From contig OZ240251.1 in assembly GCA_965198285.1 (NCBI GenBank), positions 624,220 to 688,219 of the forward strand: a DNA stretch of 64,000 bases. The letters are read 5' to 3'. Positions within the stretch are counted from its first letter, which is position 1. Each line of letters begins with the position of its first letter. Under the pieces are notes generated by a model, which ran no database searches, had not been told where the DNA came from, and worked only from the letters and a program-made list of their open reading frames with translations. The position numbers and the translations under genes were made by a program. Shown here in pieces: positions 19,396 to 28,726 of this stretch. Origin of the DNA: Chloroflexota bacterium (GTDB taxonomy: Bacteria > Chloroflexota > UBA11872).

Positions 19396-20448
19396 TCAGC
19401 GCAACTGCCGCAGGAACCGCAGGTCGTTGCGGTAGAAGGATCGAATGTCGGTCACGCCGTACTTGAGCATGGCGATCCGTTCCACGCCCATGCCGAAGGC
19501 GAAACCCTGGTACACGTCCGGGTCGTAGCCCACGTCGGCCAGCACCTTCGGATGGACCATCCCGGATCCCAGGATTTCAATCCAGCCCGTCCCGCCGCAG
19601 ACCGCGCAGCCGTCGCCGCCGCAGACGTGGCAGGACATCTCGGCTTCGGCGCTGGGTTCGGTGAACGGGAAGTAGCTGGCGCGGATCCGCAGCTCGCGGT
19701 CGGGGCCGAACATGGCGCGCACGAAGTACGTCAACGTCCCGCGTAGGTCGGCCATGGTGATGTGCTCGTCGATGGCCAGGCCCTCCACCTGCATGAACTC
19801 GGCCTCGTGCGAGGCGTCGCGGTCCTCGTAGCGGTAGACCTTGCCCGGCACGATCACCCGCACGGGCGGGCGGACCTGCTCCATCACCCGCGCCTGGACT
19901 GGCGAAGTATGAGTGCGCAGCAAAAGCTCACCCGGCCGAGACGTGTCGTGGATGTGGAAGGTGTCCCACATGTCGCGCGCCGGATGGTCCGCCGGGATGT
20001 TCAGCAGCTCGAAGTTGTAGCGGTCCCACTCCACCTCGGGTCCGCTGACGGCGCGGAAGCCGATCGGCGCGAGCACGCGGCGAATCTCGCGCAGCGTGCG
20101 CGTCAGCGGGTGCAGGCTGCCCAGGCGCACCGGGTAGCCCGGCATGGTCACGTCCGCGCGGACACCGTCGGCGCTGCGGCGCAGGTCCGCCTGGCGGGCC
20201 TCGAACGCCTCGTCCAGTTCCCGGCGCGCGGCGTTGGCCGCTTGTCCGGCGGCTCGCCGCTCCTCGCGCGGCAGGCTGCCGACCGAACGCAGTAGGCCGG
20301 TGAGTTCGCTGCGCCGCCCCAGATGCGTCACGCGCCACTGCTCCAGCGCCGCGTCGTCCGCAGCGGCTTCGAGCTCGGCGCGCGCAGCGCCTAGCAGGGC
20401 GTCAAGTCGCTCTTGCACCGTGGGGTCAGCTTTGGGGGATTGCCGCAC
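19396..20448 (-). CDS. pheS: phenylalanine--tRNA ligase alpha subunit
   Basis: ...HPLTRTLREIRRVLAPIGFRAVSGPEVEWDRYNFELLNIPADHPARDMWDTFHI...FPFTEPSAEAEMSCHVCGG. Confidence 0.9.
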   Translation of the reverse strand: MRQSPKADPTVQERLDALLGAARAELEAAADDAALEQWRVTHLGRRSELTGLLRSVGSLPREERRAAGQAANAARRELDEAFEARQADLRRSADGVRADVTMPGYPVRLGSLHPLTRTLREIRRVLAPIGFRAVSGPEVEWDRYNFELLNIPADHPARDMWDTFHIHDTSRPGELLLRTHTSPVQARVMEQVRPPVRVIVPGKVYRYEDRDASHEAEFMQVEGLAIDEHITMADLRGTLTYFVRAMFGPDRELRIRASYFPFTEPSAEAEMSCHVCGGDGCAVCGGTGWIEILGSGMVHPKVLADVGYDPDVYQGFAFGMGVERIAMLKYGVTDIRSFYRNDLRFLRQLR

Positions 20449-21205
20449 GCTGCCGCGCGGCCTCGAACAGGATAACGGCGGCCGCGGCCCCCGCGTTCAG
20501 CGATTCCACGCCGCGAAGCATCGGTACCCCAACGGCGCCCCGGCAGGCGTCGCGCCAGGCGGACGATACGCCGCGCGTCTCGGCGCCCACCACCAGCCCG
20601 CAAGAGCCGGTCCAATCGATTCCGTGATAGGCGCCTTCGGCGTCGGCCGCCGCTGCGTAGAGATCGACATCGGCCGCCAGCGGCTGCAGATCCTCCGGCG
20701 TGCCCAAGAGGTGAATCGGCACCCGGAAGTGCGCCCCCACCCCCGCGCGCAGCGCCTTGGGGCCAAAGGGATCGGCGCTGCCCGGCGTGCGCACAATCAG
20801 CGTCGCGCCGGCCGCCGCGGCCGACCTCACCAGCGTGCCCACGTTCCCCGGATCCTGCACGCCATCGATCACAAGGATCAGGGGAACGCCATCCAACGCG
20901 GCGACCCGTGGGCGGCGTCCGATGGCCACAATGCCCTGTGGCGACCCGCTGTCCGCGGCCGCCGCCAGCACGTGCGGCGCGGCCGTCAACACCCGAGCCC
21001 CGGCCTCTGACGCCGCGTCCGCTGCCAGCTTGACGTCAGCCTTCGGGTAGTCCGCCACCAGGACGGTCTGCAATATCCCTGCCTGGGCGGCCTCCATCAC
21101 CAGGCGCGGCCCTTCCAGCAGGATCAGACCGTCGCGCTGCCGAACCGAGGCGCGATGCAAGCGACGCGCCAACGCCACCTGCGGATTGCGAACGCTCGTA
21201 ATCAT
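20426..21205 (-). CDS. TrmH/SpoU family RNA 2'-O-methyltransferase
   Basis: 259 aa; ...LVIDGVQDPGNVGTLVRSAAAAGA...GVESLNAGAAAAVILFEA (SPOUT motifs). Confidence 0.85.
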   Translation of the reverse strand: MITSVRNPQVALARRLHRASVRQRDGLILLEGPRLVMEAAQAGILQTVLVADYPKADVKLAADAASEAGARVLTAAPHVLAAAADSGSPQGIVAIGRRPRVAALDGVPLILVIDGVQDPGNVGTLVRSAAAAGATLIVRTPGSADPFGPKALRAGVGAHFRVPIHLLGTPEDLQPLAADVDLYAAAADAEGAYHGIDWTGSCGLVVGAETRGVSSAWRDACRGAVGVPMLRGVESLNAGAAAAVILFEAARQRAAIPQS

Positions 21206-21238
21206 GGCGGGCCGGCCCCCGCGCGGGCGCTGGCCGGC

Positions 21239-21592
21239 CTAGGCCGCGGCCCGAGCGGTGTCGGCCAGCGCTTCGAAGGCCGCCGGTTCGTTGGCCGCCA
21301 GGTCTGCCAGCGCTTTGCGATCCAGCGTGACGTTCGCCTCGCGCAGACCGTGCATGAAGGCGCCGTAGGTCAGACCGTGCAGGCGGGCACCGGCGTTGAT
21401 GCGCATGATCCAGAGCCGTCGCATCTGGCGTTTGCGGTTTCGCCGGTCGCGGTAGGCGTATTGCCCCGCGTGCATCAGGTCCTCATGCGCCGCACGGAAG
21501 TGCCGGCTACGCGCGCCACGGTGGCCTCGTACGGCCTTCAGCACTTTGCGGTGTCGGCGGCGCTTGGTTACGCCGCGCTTGACGCGAGCCAT
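21239..21592 (-). CDS. rplT: 50S ribosomal protein L20
   Basis: [70 protein letters not shown]. Confidence 0.95.
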   Translation of the reverse strand: MARVKRGVTKRRRHRKVLKAVRGHRGARSRHFRAAHEDLMHAGQYAYRDRRNRKRQMRRLWIMRINAGARLHGLTYGAFMHGLREANVTLDRKALADLAANEPAAFEALADTARAAA

Positions 21593-21601
21593 CGGTCTGC
21601 C

Positions 21602-21796
21602 TCAGTTCGCCAGCAGGCGCTCGGCCTGACGATGCTGCCCGCGCGCCAGCGGCTGTTCCTGGTTCTTGGCGCGGCGGGCCCTACGGCTCTTGCGCCGCCG
21701 GTAGGGACCGGCCCACGACTTGGCGACGGTTATTTTGCCGCGCCGCGTGCGACGCAGACGCTTGACGGCAGCTTTACGGGTTTTGAGTTTCGGCAT
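21602..21796 (-). CDS. rpmI: 50S ribosomal protein L35
   Basis: MPKLKTRKAAVKRLRRTRRGKITVAKSWAG...; start at the internal ATG, 64 aa. Confidence 0.9.
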   Translation of the reverse strand: MPKLKTRKAAVKRLRRTRRGKITVAKSWAGPYRRRKSRRARRAKNQEQPLARGQHRQAERLLAN

Positions 21797-21990
21797 CGGG
21801 GACAAAAAGGACGCGACGCAAGGTACGGCGTCGCGCTCCCGCAAGCCTACCATAGGTCGGCGGCGGCTTCGGAACACCCGCACGAATCTATTGCCAGCCA
21901 CGGCGCGCGCTGCTTAGGCTGAACATACACCTCCCCGCTCGCTGCCCCCCCGTGGCACCGGCGCGCAACTTGCCACCCCTCGGCCGCTGC

Positions 21991-22719
21991 ATGCGAATCG
22001 CGGTTCTGACTGACGTACACGCCAACCTGACCGCCCTGCGCGCGGTGCTGGTTGATGTCCGTGCGCGCGGGCCGTTTCAACTCATCGTCTCAGGCGGCGA
22101 CCAGATCTGCGGCGGCCCGCGACCCCTGGAAACCTGGGACGAGTTGGAGGCAGCCGGCGTCACGCTGCTCAAGGGCGACACCGAACGCGACCTGGCGCTC
22201 GGGTCCTTCAAAGCGGTGCCCGGCCGGGGTCTGCGCCGCGACCTGATCCTGGCCGTCTTCGACTGGACGGTGAAACTGCTCCCGTCCGACTTGCTCCAGC
22301 GCGCCGCTGCCTTGCCCGAGCAGTTGCGGCTGCAAGTAGACGGCGGCCCCGAGTTGCTGCTCGCCCACGCCAACGGCGTCAATCTGGACGAATTCATCTG
22401 GGCCGACACACCGGCGGAAGAGCTCGGGCGCCTGATCGGCCCTAACGCGCCCGCCCTCATGGTCGTGGGACACATCCACGCCCCGCTCGAGCTTGAGTTC
22501 AAGGACACCACCATCCTCCGCCCCGGCAGCGTCGGGCTGAAGTACGAGCCCCACTGGGCCGGCGTGGCCCACTGGGCCGAGGTCTGGTGGGATTTGGAAC
22601 GCGCTGCCTGGGACTACCGCGTGCACCAGGTCGAATGGGACCACCGCCTCGAAATCGACGCCGGCCGCGCCATGGGCTACCCCGGCGTACGCATCCTGCC
22701 GGGCTACGCCGCCGGCTGA
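21991..22719 (+). CDS. metallophosphoesterase (calcineurin-like)
   Basis: MRIAVLTDVHANLTAL...SGGDQ...VVGHIHAP, i.e. the phosphoesterase motifs I to V. Confidence 0.8.
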   Translation: MRIAVLTDVHANLTALRAVLVDVRARGPFQLIVSGGDQICGGPRPLETWDELEAAGVTLLKGDTERDLALGSFKAVPGRGLRRDLILAVFDWTVKLLPSDLLQRAAALPEQLRLQVDGGPELLLAHANGVNLDEFIWADTPAEELGRLIGPNAPALMVVGHIHAPLELEFKDTTILRPGSVGLKYEPHWAGVAHWAEVWWDLERAAWDYRVHQVEWDHRLEIDAGRAMGYPGVRILPGYAAG

Positions 22720-22809
22720 CGCAACATCCGTTGAAACCAGCCGTCGGGTCTTGTCGCGCCCCTGACTGGCTGCCAAGCTTGCTAACGAACACCGATTGCG
22801 AGATATCCC

Positions 22810-23154
22810 GTGGCTACCACAACCCCCGACCAGGTCCGAGATCAGTTGCGCACCGTCATCGATCCCGAGATCGGCATCAACATCGTCGATCTGGGCCTCA
22901 TCTATGAGGTCGACGTCGCCCCCTACGTCCCCGGTGAAGGCGAACCTGCCGCGGCCGCCGGTGACGAGCGCGCCACTGTCACCATGACCCTCACCACGCC
23001 CGGCTGCCCGGCCGGGCCGTATATCCTGCAGCAGGTCAAGCAGGAAGCCGAGACCCTGGACCACGTCCGCAAGGCCGAAATCGATCTCACCTTCAATCCC
23101 ATGTGGAACGAGGAGATGATGAGCGAGGACGTGCGCTGGATTCTGGGCCGCTAG
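22810..23154 (+). CDS. DUF59/MIP18-family Fe-S cluster assembly protein (SufT-like)
   Basis: VRDQLRTVIDPEIGINIVDLGLIYEVDV...TMTLTTPGCPAGPYI. Confidence 0.8.
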   Translation: MATTTPDQVRDQLRTVIDPEIGINIVDLGLIYEVDVAPYVPGEGEPAAAAGDERATVTMTLTTPGCPAGPYILQQVKQEAETLDHVRKAEIDLTFNPMWNEEMMSEDVRWILGR

Positions 23155-23178
23155 CCCACGCTGCCTGAGCCCTTCCCG

Positions 23179-24303
23179 ATGCCTGCGCCGAACGCGAGGC
23201 GCGTGCCGGCCCGTATCGGGCGCCGGACGCTACTGACCGGCGCGGCGTTCACCGCTGCCGGTACCGGCCTTGCCGCTTGCGGTTTCGCTGGCGTCAGCCG
23301 GCGCGATCCAACCAGCGCCCCATTCATGCACGGCCTCACCCTGGCCGGACTCGCGGGGACCGACTTCGCTGAGCAGCGAGCCAGCCGACTGGTCGAGTCA
23401 TCCGTGGCGACGGGCGCCGACTGGATCTCGGTCGCCCCCGGCTGGTACCAGCCGGCGCAAGACGCGAACCACGTCCGCCCAGACCCAACCCGCACGACAC
23501 CCGATGACGACGTCCGACGCCTGATCGACCGCGCCCACACCGCCGGTCTGCGCGTCATGCTCAAGCCGTTCGTCGACAGTGACGACGGCGTCTGGCGCGG
23601 CGAATTTCGACCCGCGGATCCGGCCGCCTGGTTCGCCGACTACACGTCGATGACACGCCACTACGCCAACGTGGCCGAGAGCGCCGGGGCCGACCTGTTC
23701 TGCCTCGGTACCGACCTGGGGTTTGCCGAGACTGCGCCAGCGGCCGACTGGCAGGCACTGATCGTCGACATCCGGCGACGATTCGGCGGGCCGCTCACCT
23801 ACGCCGCCAGCCACGCCCCCTCGTCGGGCTCTGGCGGCTACGCCAACGTGCCCTTCTGGAACGACCTGGACTTCATCGGCGTCAACGCTTACTTCCCGCT
23901 GGCCGACCGCCTGATCAGCCACGCCCAACTCGCCGACGCCTGGAACGTCTGGCTGGAAGAAATCGAAAGCTGGCGCGCCGAGCGGAAGCTCGACCGCCCG
24001 GTCATCTTCACCGAGCTGGGCTACCGCAGCGCCGCCACCGCCGCTACCCAGCCGCGCGCCGCCGACCCCGTCAAGCCGCACGAAGTCGATCTCGATCTCC
24101 AGGCCAACCTCTACACCGCATTCTTCGGCTTGCCTTACCGGCGCGAGGCCCTCCAGGGCGTCTTCTGGTGGCGCTGGGACCCCGACACGACCGATGCCAA
24201 CGGTGCCGAATTTCCGCCAAACGGCAAACCCGCCGAATCCGTCCTCCGCCGCGCCTACACCGCCGCCGCCCGCCGACCGTCCCACCCGGCCTCGAAGCCG
24301 TGA
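23179..24303 (+). CDS. secreted TIM-barrel glycoside hydrolase (clan GH-A-like; GH113/GH26-like)
   Basis: Lipoprotein-type signal (LAAC)...GVNAYFPL...VIFTELGYRS, with the nucleophile Glu in a TELG context. Confidence 0.55.
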   Translation: MPAPNARRVPARIGRRTLLTGAAFTAAGTGLAACGFAGVSRRDPTSAPFMHGLTLAGLAGTDFAEQRASRLVESSVATGADWISVAPGWYQPAQDANHVRPDPTRTTPDDDVRRLIDRAHTAGLRVMLKPFVDSDDGVWRGEFRPADPAAWFADYTSMTRHYANVAESAGADLFCLGTDLGFAETAPAADWQALIVDIRRRFGGPLTYAASHAPSSGSGGYANVPFWNDLDFIGVNAYFPLADRLISHAQLADAWNVWLEEIESWRAERKLDRPVIFTELGYRSAATAATQPRAADPVKPHEVDLDLQANLYTAFFGLPYRREALQGVFWWRWDPDTTDANGAEFPPNGKPAESVLRRAYTAAARRPSHPASKP

Positions 24304-24364
24304 CGTCCACTCGGCGAGACTTCACCCACGGACCGCGACAGTCTCTCCCTGAACGGCCGCCGCC

Positions 24365-25123
24365 ATGCGCCTGAGCTTCTCCAAGCTCGCCCTCTACGAG
24401 TTCTGCCCCTACGCCTACCGCTTCCGCTACATCGAGCGCGTGCCCACGCCCTTCGCCCCCTGGCTCACCGTGGGCGCCATCGTCCACACGGTGCTGCACC
24501 GGGCGTTTGAGCGTTTGAGCGACGGCGTCCGCCTAACCCGCGCCGATCTGCATGAACTGCATGCCGCCTACTGGCGCAACGCGCCCCGGCTGGATCGCGA
24601 GCGCTTTCCGGACATCTGGGTACGCGGCCACGAACTCCTGGATGGTTTCTGGTCGGCCCGCGGCCACGCGCCGGGCCGTCCGCTCATGCTGGAACGGCGC
24701 TTTCGTCTGCGCCTGCGCCCGGACGATGCCTACACCGTGGAAGGGATCATCGACCGGGTCGACGAGCGATCCGACGGCCTGGAGATCATTGACTACAAGA
24801 GCGGCGGCCGCCCGGCGGAACTCCCCGGACGTCTGCGCACCCAGTTGCACACCTACGCGCTGGCGCTGGAACGCGGCTTCGATCGTGCCGTGTCGCGACT
24901 CACGGTCTACTACCTCAAGGACAACCAGACCGTGTCCGCGCCGCCCGACCCGGCCTTTGCCGACGACGTGCTCAGCCGCTATCAGATGCTGGCCGAGCGC
25001 GTGGGGGAGGCCGCCTTCGAGCCGACCCCTGGCAAACACTGCGAGTACTGCGACTACCGCGAGCGCTGTGCGTACCGCTGGACCGAAGACGCCAAGCGGC
25101 ACGAACCGACGGACGCCGCTTAG
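24365..25123 (+). CDS. PD-(D/E)XK nuclease superfamily protein (Cas4/RecB-like, Fe-S)
   Basis: MRLSFSKLALYEFCPYAYRFRYIERV...IIDRVDERSDGLEIIDYKSGG (D..E.K core)...CEYCDYRERCAYRW, a C-terminal Cys cluster. Confidence 0.75.
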   Translation: MRLSFSKLALYEFCPYAYRFRYIERVPTPFAPWLTVGAIVHTVLHRAFERLSDGVRLTRADLHELHAAYWRNAPRLDRERFPDIWVRGHELLDGFWSARGHAPGRPLMLERRFRLRLRPDDAYTVEGIIDRVDERSDGLEIIDYKSGGRPAELPGRLRTQLHTYALALERGFDRAVSRLTVYYLKDNQTVSAPPDPAFADDVLSRYQMLAERVGEAAFEPTPGKHCEYCDYRERCAYRWTEDAKRHEPTDAA

Positions 25124-25182
25124 TCAAGCGCCCTCGCGTCTCCGAGCTACCCGCCCAGCCTGCGTACCGAAGCGCGTCTCGC

Positions 25183-26475
25183 TTAGGCCAGACGCCCGTT
25201 CGTCATCGAGCAGACGCCCGCCTCGCAATGGTGGTCGCGGATGTGCGCCTCGAACTCGTCGCGGAACGCCCGCACGGCCCCGCGCACCGGCTGATGCGCG
25301 AACTGCCCCAGCCCGCAGAACGAGGCCATCATGCTCGCGCCCAGGTCTTCCAGCAGGTCCAGGTCGTCCAGGGATCCCTGCCCGTACATGATGCGCTCGC
25401 AGACTTGGACCAGGTTCGGCGCGCCTTCGCGGCACGGAATGCAGAACCCGCAACTCTCTTCTTCGAAGAAGAGCGCGTCGCGGTAGGCGGCGTCCACCAT
25501 GCAGACCGTGTCGTCGTAGACCACCACGCCGCCGGTACCCATGATGGTGCCCAGCGCCCCCATGGATCGCGGTTCCAGCGCGGCGTCCAGGTGCTGCGGA
25601 CCCAGTGCCGCCGACGATGCGCCGCCAGGCTTGAAGCCCTTCAGCGGCCGTCCGTCCAGCACCCCGCCGCCGTAATCAAAGATCAGCTCGCGCGCGGTGG
25701 TGCCCAGCGGCAGCTCATGCACGCCCGGTTTGGCCACCCGGCCCGACAGGCAGTACATCTTGGTGCCGGTCGCATCGCCGTGGCCCAGGTTCTGGAACCA
25801 CTCGGCCCCGTTCTGAATGATCGCCGGTGCCGCCGACAGCGTCTCCACGTTATTGATCGCCGTCGGCAACCCCCAGACGCCCACGTTGGTGGGGAAGGGC
25901 GGCTTGTAGCGCGGGTTCCCGCGCTTGCCTTCCAGCGAATTGAAGAGCGCGGTCTCCTCGCCCACGATGTAGGCGCCCGCGCCGCGGCGGAACGTGACCT
26001 CAAAGTCAAAGCCATCCTTGCCCAGGATGTCGCTGCCCAGGTAGCCGGCCTCGTAGGCCTCCCGGATCGCCGCCTGCGTGCGCTCGTGCGCCAGCCCGTA
26101 CTCGCCCCGGATGTACACGTACCCCAGCGTGGCGTTGCACGCATAGGCCGCGATCAGCATGCCTTCCAGCATCAGGTGCGGGTCCAGCTCCAGCGAGTAG
26201 CGGTTCACGTAGGTGCCTGGCTCGCTTTCGTCGCCGTTGATCACCACGTAGCGCGGCGTCTTTGGATCCGCCCTTACGAACTGCCACTTCAACCCGGTGG
26301 GAAAGAACGCCCCGCCCCGTCCGCTCAGCCCCGACTCTTTGATCAGGTCCGAGACGTCCTCGGGCGTCATCTCGCGCAGGACCTTCTCCAGAGCCTGGTA
26401 GCCGCCCGCCGCGCGGTAGCTCTCCAGCGTCCACGATTGCGGGTTGCCGAAATTCTTGGTGACGACGAGTTCCAT
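25183..26475 (-). CDS. nuoF: NADH-quinone oxidoreductase subunit F-like (51-kDa FMN/NADH-binding, [4Fe-4S])
   Basis: ...GRGGAFFPTGLKWQF...INGDESEPGTYVNRY...ESCGFCIPCREG. Confidence 0.9.
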   Translation of the reverse strand: MELVVTKNFGNPQSWTLESYRAAGGYQALEKVLREMTPEDVSDLIKESGLSGRGGAFFPTGLKWQFVRADPKTPRYVVINGDESEPGTYVNRYSLELDPHLMLEGMLIAAYACNATLGYVYIRGEYGLAHERTQAAIREAYEAGYLGSDILGKDGFDFEVTFRRGAGAYIVGEETALFNSLEGKRGNPRYKPPFPTNVGVWGLPTAINNVETLSAAPAIIQNGAEWFQNLGHGDATGTKMYCLSGRVAKPGVHELPLGTTARELIFDYGGGVLDGRPLKGFKPGGASSAALGPQHLDAALEPRSMGALGTIMGTGGVVVYDDTVCMVDAAYRDALFFEEESCGFCIPCREGAPNLVQVCERIMYGQGSLDDLDLLEDLGASMMASFCGLGQFAHQPVRGAVRAFRDEFEAHIRDHHCEAGVCSMTNGRLA

Positions 26476-26993
26476 CAGGCCTCCCGCGCACGCAGGTCGG
26501 CCAGCAGGCCGCGGGCTTTATCCGGGTCTAACGGTCCGTGCTGCTCCAGGTTCACCATCGCGGCGGGCTGCAGGTCGCATAGCCCCAGGCAGGAGACGGA
26601 TTCGATTTCGAAGAGGCCGTCCTCGGTCACCTCGCCAACGCGCCTGCCCAGTGCCTCGCTGAAGGCGTGCAGCACGGCCGGCGCGCCCGAAAGGTGGCAG
26701 CTAAGGTCCCGGCAGACCCGTAGCACGTACGTGGCCGAGGGCTTGCGGTGAAACATCGTGTAGAAGGTCAGGACGCCAAAGACTTCGCTCTCCGGCAGCC
26801 GGAGCTCCTCGGCGATCATCGTCACGGCTTCCGGCGGCACGTACGAAAAGACGTCCTGCGCCGCGTAGAGCGCTTCCAGCGTGGCGCCGGGCTCGGACTT
26901 CAGGTCGGCCAGGCGCGCTCGCAGGTCGTCCAGCTTGGCGTGGTCCCCGGGCGCAAGCGTCGAGCGACGCGGCGCGCCAGTATGAATCGCCAT
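26475..26993 (-). CDS. nuoE: NADH-quinone oxidoreductase subunit E-like (24-kDa [2Fe-2S])
   Basis: ...VLTFYTMFHRKPSATYVLRVCRDLSCHLSGAP...CLGLCDLQPAAMVN. Start at the internal ATG; overlaps the nuoF start. Confidence 0.85.
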   Translation of the reverse strand: MAIHTGAPRRSTLAPGDHAKLDDLRARLADLKSEPGATLEALYAAQDVFSYVPPEAVTMIAEELRLPESEVFGVLTFYTMFHRKPSATYVLRVCRDLSCHLSGAPAVLHAFSEALGRRVGEVTEDGLFEIESVSCLGLCDLQPAAMVNLEQHGPLDPDKARGLLADLRAREA

Positions 26994-27170
26994 TGGGCCT
27001 CCCGCGGCTAAGGGGCGAGCAGCGGCGAACGCCTGCGACCTCTGGGCGCCGCACGCCGGCAACAGGAAGCGGAGTCTACCACCGGCCCATTTCCGCCAAC
27101 GCCGCGTCCAGCGCCGCGCCCGACGCGCTACAGAAGGGTCTGCCCGACCCGGCTGCACGCCGGGTCGGTT

Positions 27171-27923
27171 CTACTCAGGCGCGCTGGGTTCACGCGAAAC
27201 CGTCCCCGTCGCGCTGTCGCCAAAGACGCTCCGGACGACTTCGGCCTCAAGCTCGCCGATATAGTTCGCGTCCCTGTCAACCAGACGGCGTTCCTGTTCG
27301 TCCAGCAGGCGTGCGCCCGCACGCGTCACCAACCCCATGCTGATCGGAAAGCCCACGCCGTGGGACGACGTCCGAATGATGTCCAGCATTGCGCGATAGA
27401 TGAGCGCGCGAGTCAGGTCCATTTCTGTGTTAGGCAAGTCGTAGTGCGCCAGGCTCGCCTGTGCCAGGTAGGCGAACGCTCCCCCCGAACCGATTGCCGC
27501 AAAGTTGGCGTAGGTCTCCTCATCACGAGGGTTGTGCACGAAAGACTCCCCGTTCTCAGCGATCTGCAGAATCCACGACCGTCCAGCCGTATGGCCAGCA
27601 AAGAGCAATGCGCTTGCTGGTGGATTCGACCTTGGCAGTCCTGGCCATCTGGCTGATGCCGCCCTCTAAACTGGATTGACGACCTCCAAAGCCCTGAGTC
27701 GCAGGTCCTCAATCGGCACTCCGTCGGCGCCGGCCGGGAAGTGCTTCGCCAGTTCTTGCTCAATGAGTTGAGTGGTTCCCAGGGACCCGGACGAACCCCA
27801 GACAACCCGCTCACCCATCCGGCGAAGCTTCTCGCTCGTAAATCGGACGTCCCCAGCGGTTATCTGGCTGTCGGCCGCCACCACGACGCCACCCCTGCAC
27901 GCCGCAGCGACGATCAGGGTCAT
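27171..27923 (-). pseudogene. proteasome-type Ntn-hydrolase (HslV/Anbu-like, peptidase T1) interrupted by an in-frame TAG
   Basis: The N-terminal ORF reads MTLIVAAACRGGVVVAADSQITAGDVRF... with Thr2 as candidate nucleophile and ends at TAG (27668..27666). The same frame continues without a further stop into ...LLFAGHTAGRSWILQ...AAIGSGGAFAYL..., giving ~250 aa if read through. Confidence 0.55.
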
Positions 27924-27930
27924 GCCCTGG

Positions 27931-28371
27931 TCATACTCCGGCTACGTCGCGCGTGGCGTATTCGGGCCAACGCTGGTGCACCGACCGCAGTAAATCCCAG
28001 AACATGATGGACATTGCCCAGTCGCGCACGTCCAGCAGATAGTTCGCTATCCGTCCGTCGGCCCCGTCCAGTGCTGCGACGGTGTCTACACCCTGTGGCG
28101 ACGCCCGATACCGGGGCCAGGACCGGCCAGGGTTCGACACAGGTTCGATCAGCCCTTCGTATTCGAGTTGGTCCAGGTCCGCGTTGATTTCGCGCGCAAA
28201 GGGGCCGTAGCCGGTGGGTTCATACACGTAGAATCCTGGCGTTTCCAGCTTTGGTCCCAGCTGCCGGCTGAAAACGAAGAGGACCTTCATCGCCCGCAGC
28301 GCGTCGATGGGCTTCGCCTCCGTTCCTTCGCGCCCCACGACAGCCAGCAACAGCCAGTCTTTCCTGGTCAT
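27931..28371 (-). CDS. hypothetical protein
   Basis: 146-aa ORF upstream of and co-oriented with the proteasome-like gene; no recognisable domain. Confidence 0.4.
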   Translation of the reverse strand: MTRKDWLLLAVVGREGTEAKPIDALRAMKVLFVFSRQLGPKLETPGFYVYEPTGYGPFAREINADLDQLEYEGLIEPVSNPGRSWPRYRASPQGVDTVAALDGADGRIANYLLDVRDWAMSIMFWDLLRSVHQRWPEYATRDVAGV

Positions 28372-28518
28372 TCGGCGGCTCCCGGCAACGCTGAACGCTG
28401 ATGATTAGCGTAGCAACTGTCCCCAAACCGTACAATATGCGAACGGAGGGATACCTATCCCTCCATCTTCCAGCCCGACGCGCTACCCTCGCGCACCTAC
28501 CTGCCCGGAGAGTCGCCC

Positions 28519-28725
28519 ATGGCGCTGACGCGGGAGCAGGCCCGCGAACTCCGCAGCCTCATGCACAGTTGGACCCGAGCCTCGAACGAGGTGGCCGAAC
28601 TACTGCGCGGCGTGGCGGTGAGCAGTGACGGTCTGGACATGAAAGCGCTGCGCGCGGCGGTGGACCGGCGCGCTGAACTGGAGGAGCTGCTGATGTCGTT
28701 CTGGTCCCGAGCCACGGCGGCCTGA
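28519..28725 (+). CDS. small hypothetical protein
   Basis: 68-aa ORF ending 1 nt before the next gene's ATG. Weak support only. Confidence 0.25.
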   Translation: MALTREQARELRSLMHSWTRASNEVAELLRGVAVSSDGLDMKALRAAVDRRAELEELLMSFWSRATAA

Positions 28726-28726
28726 T

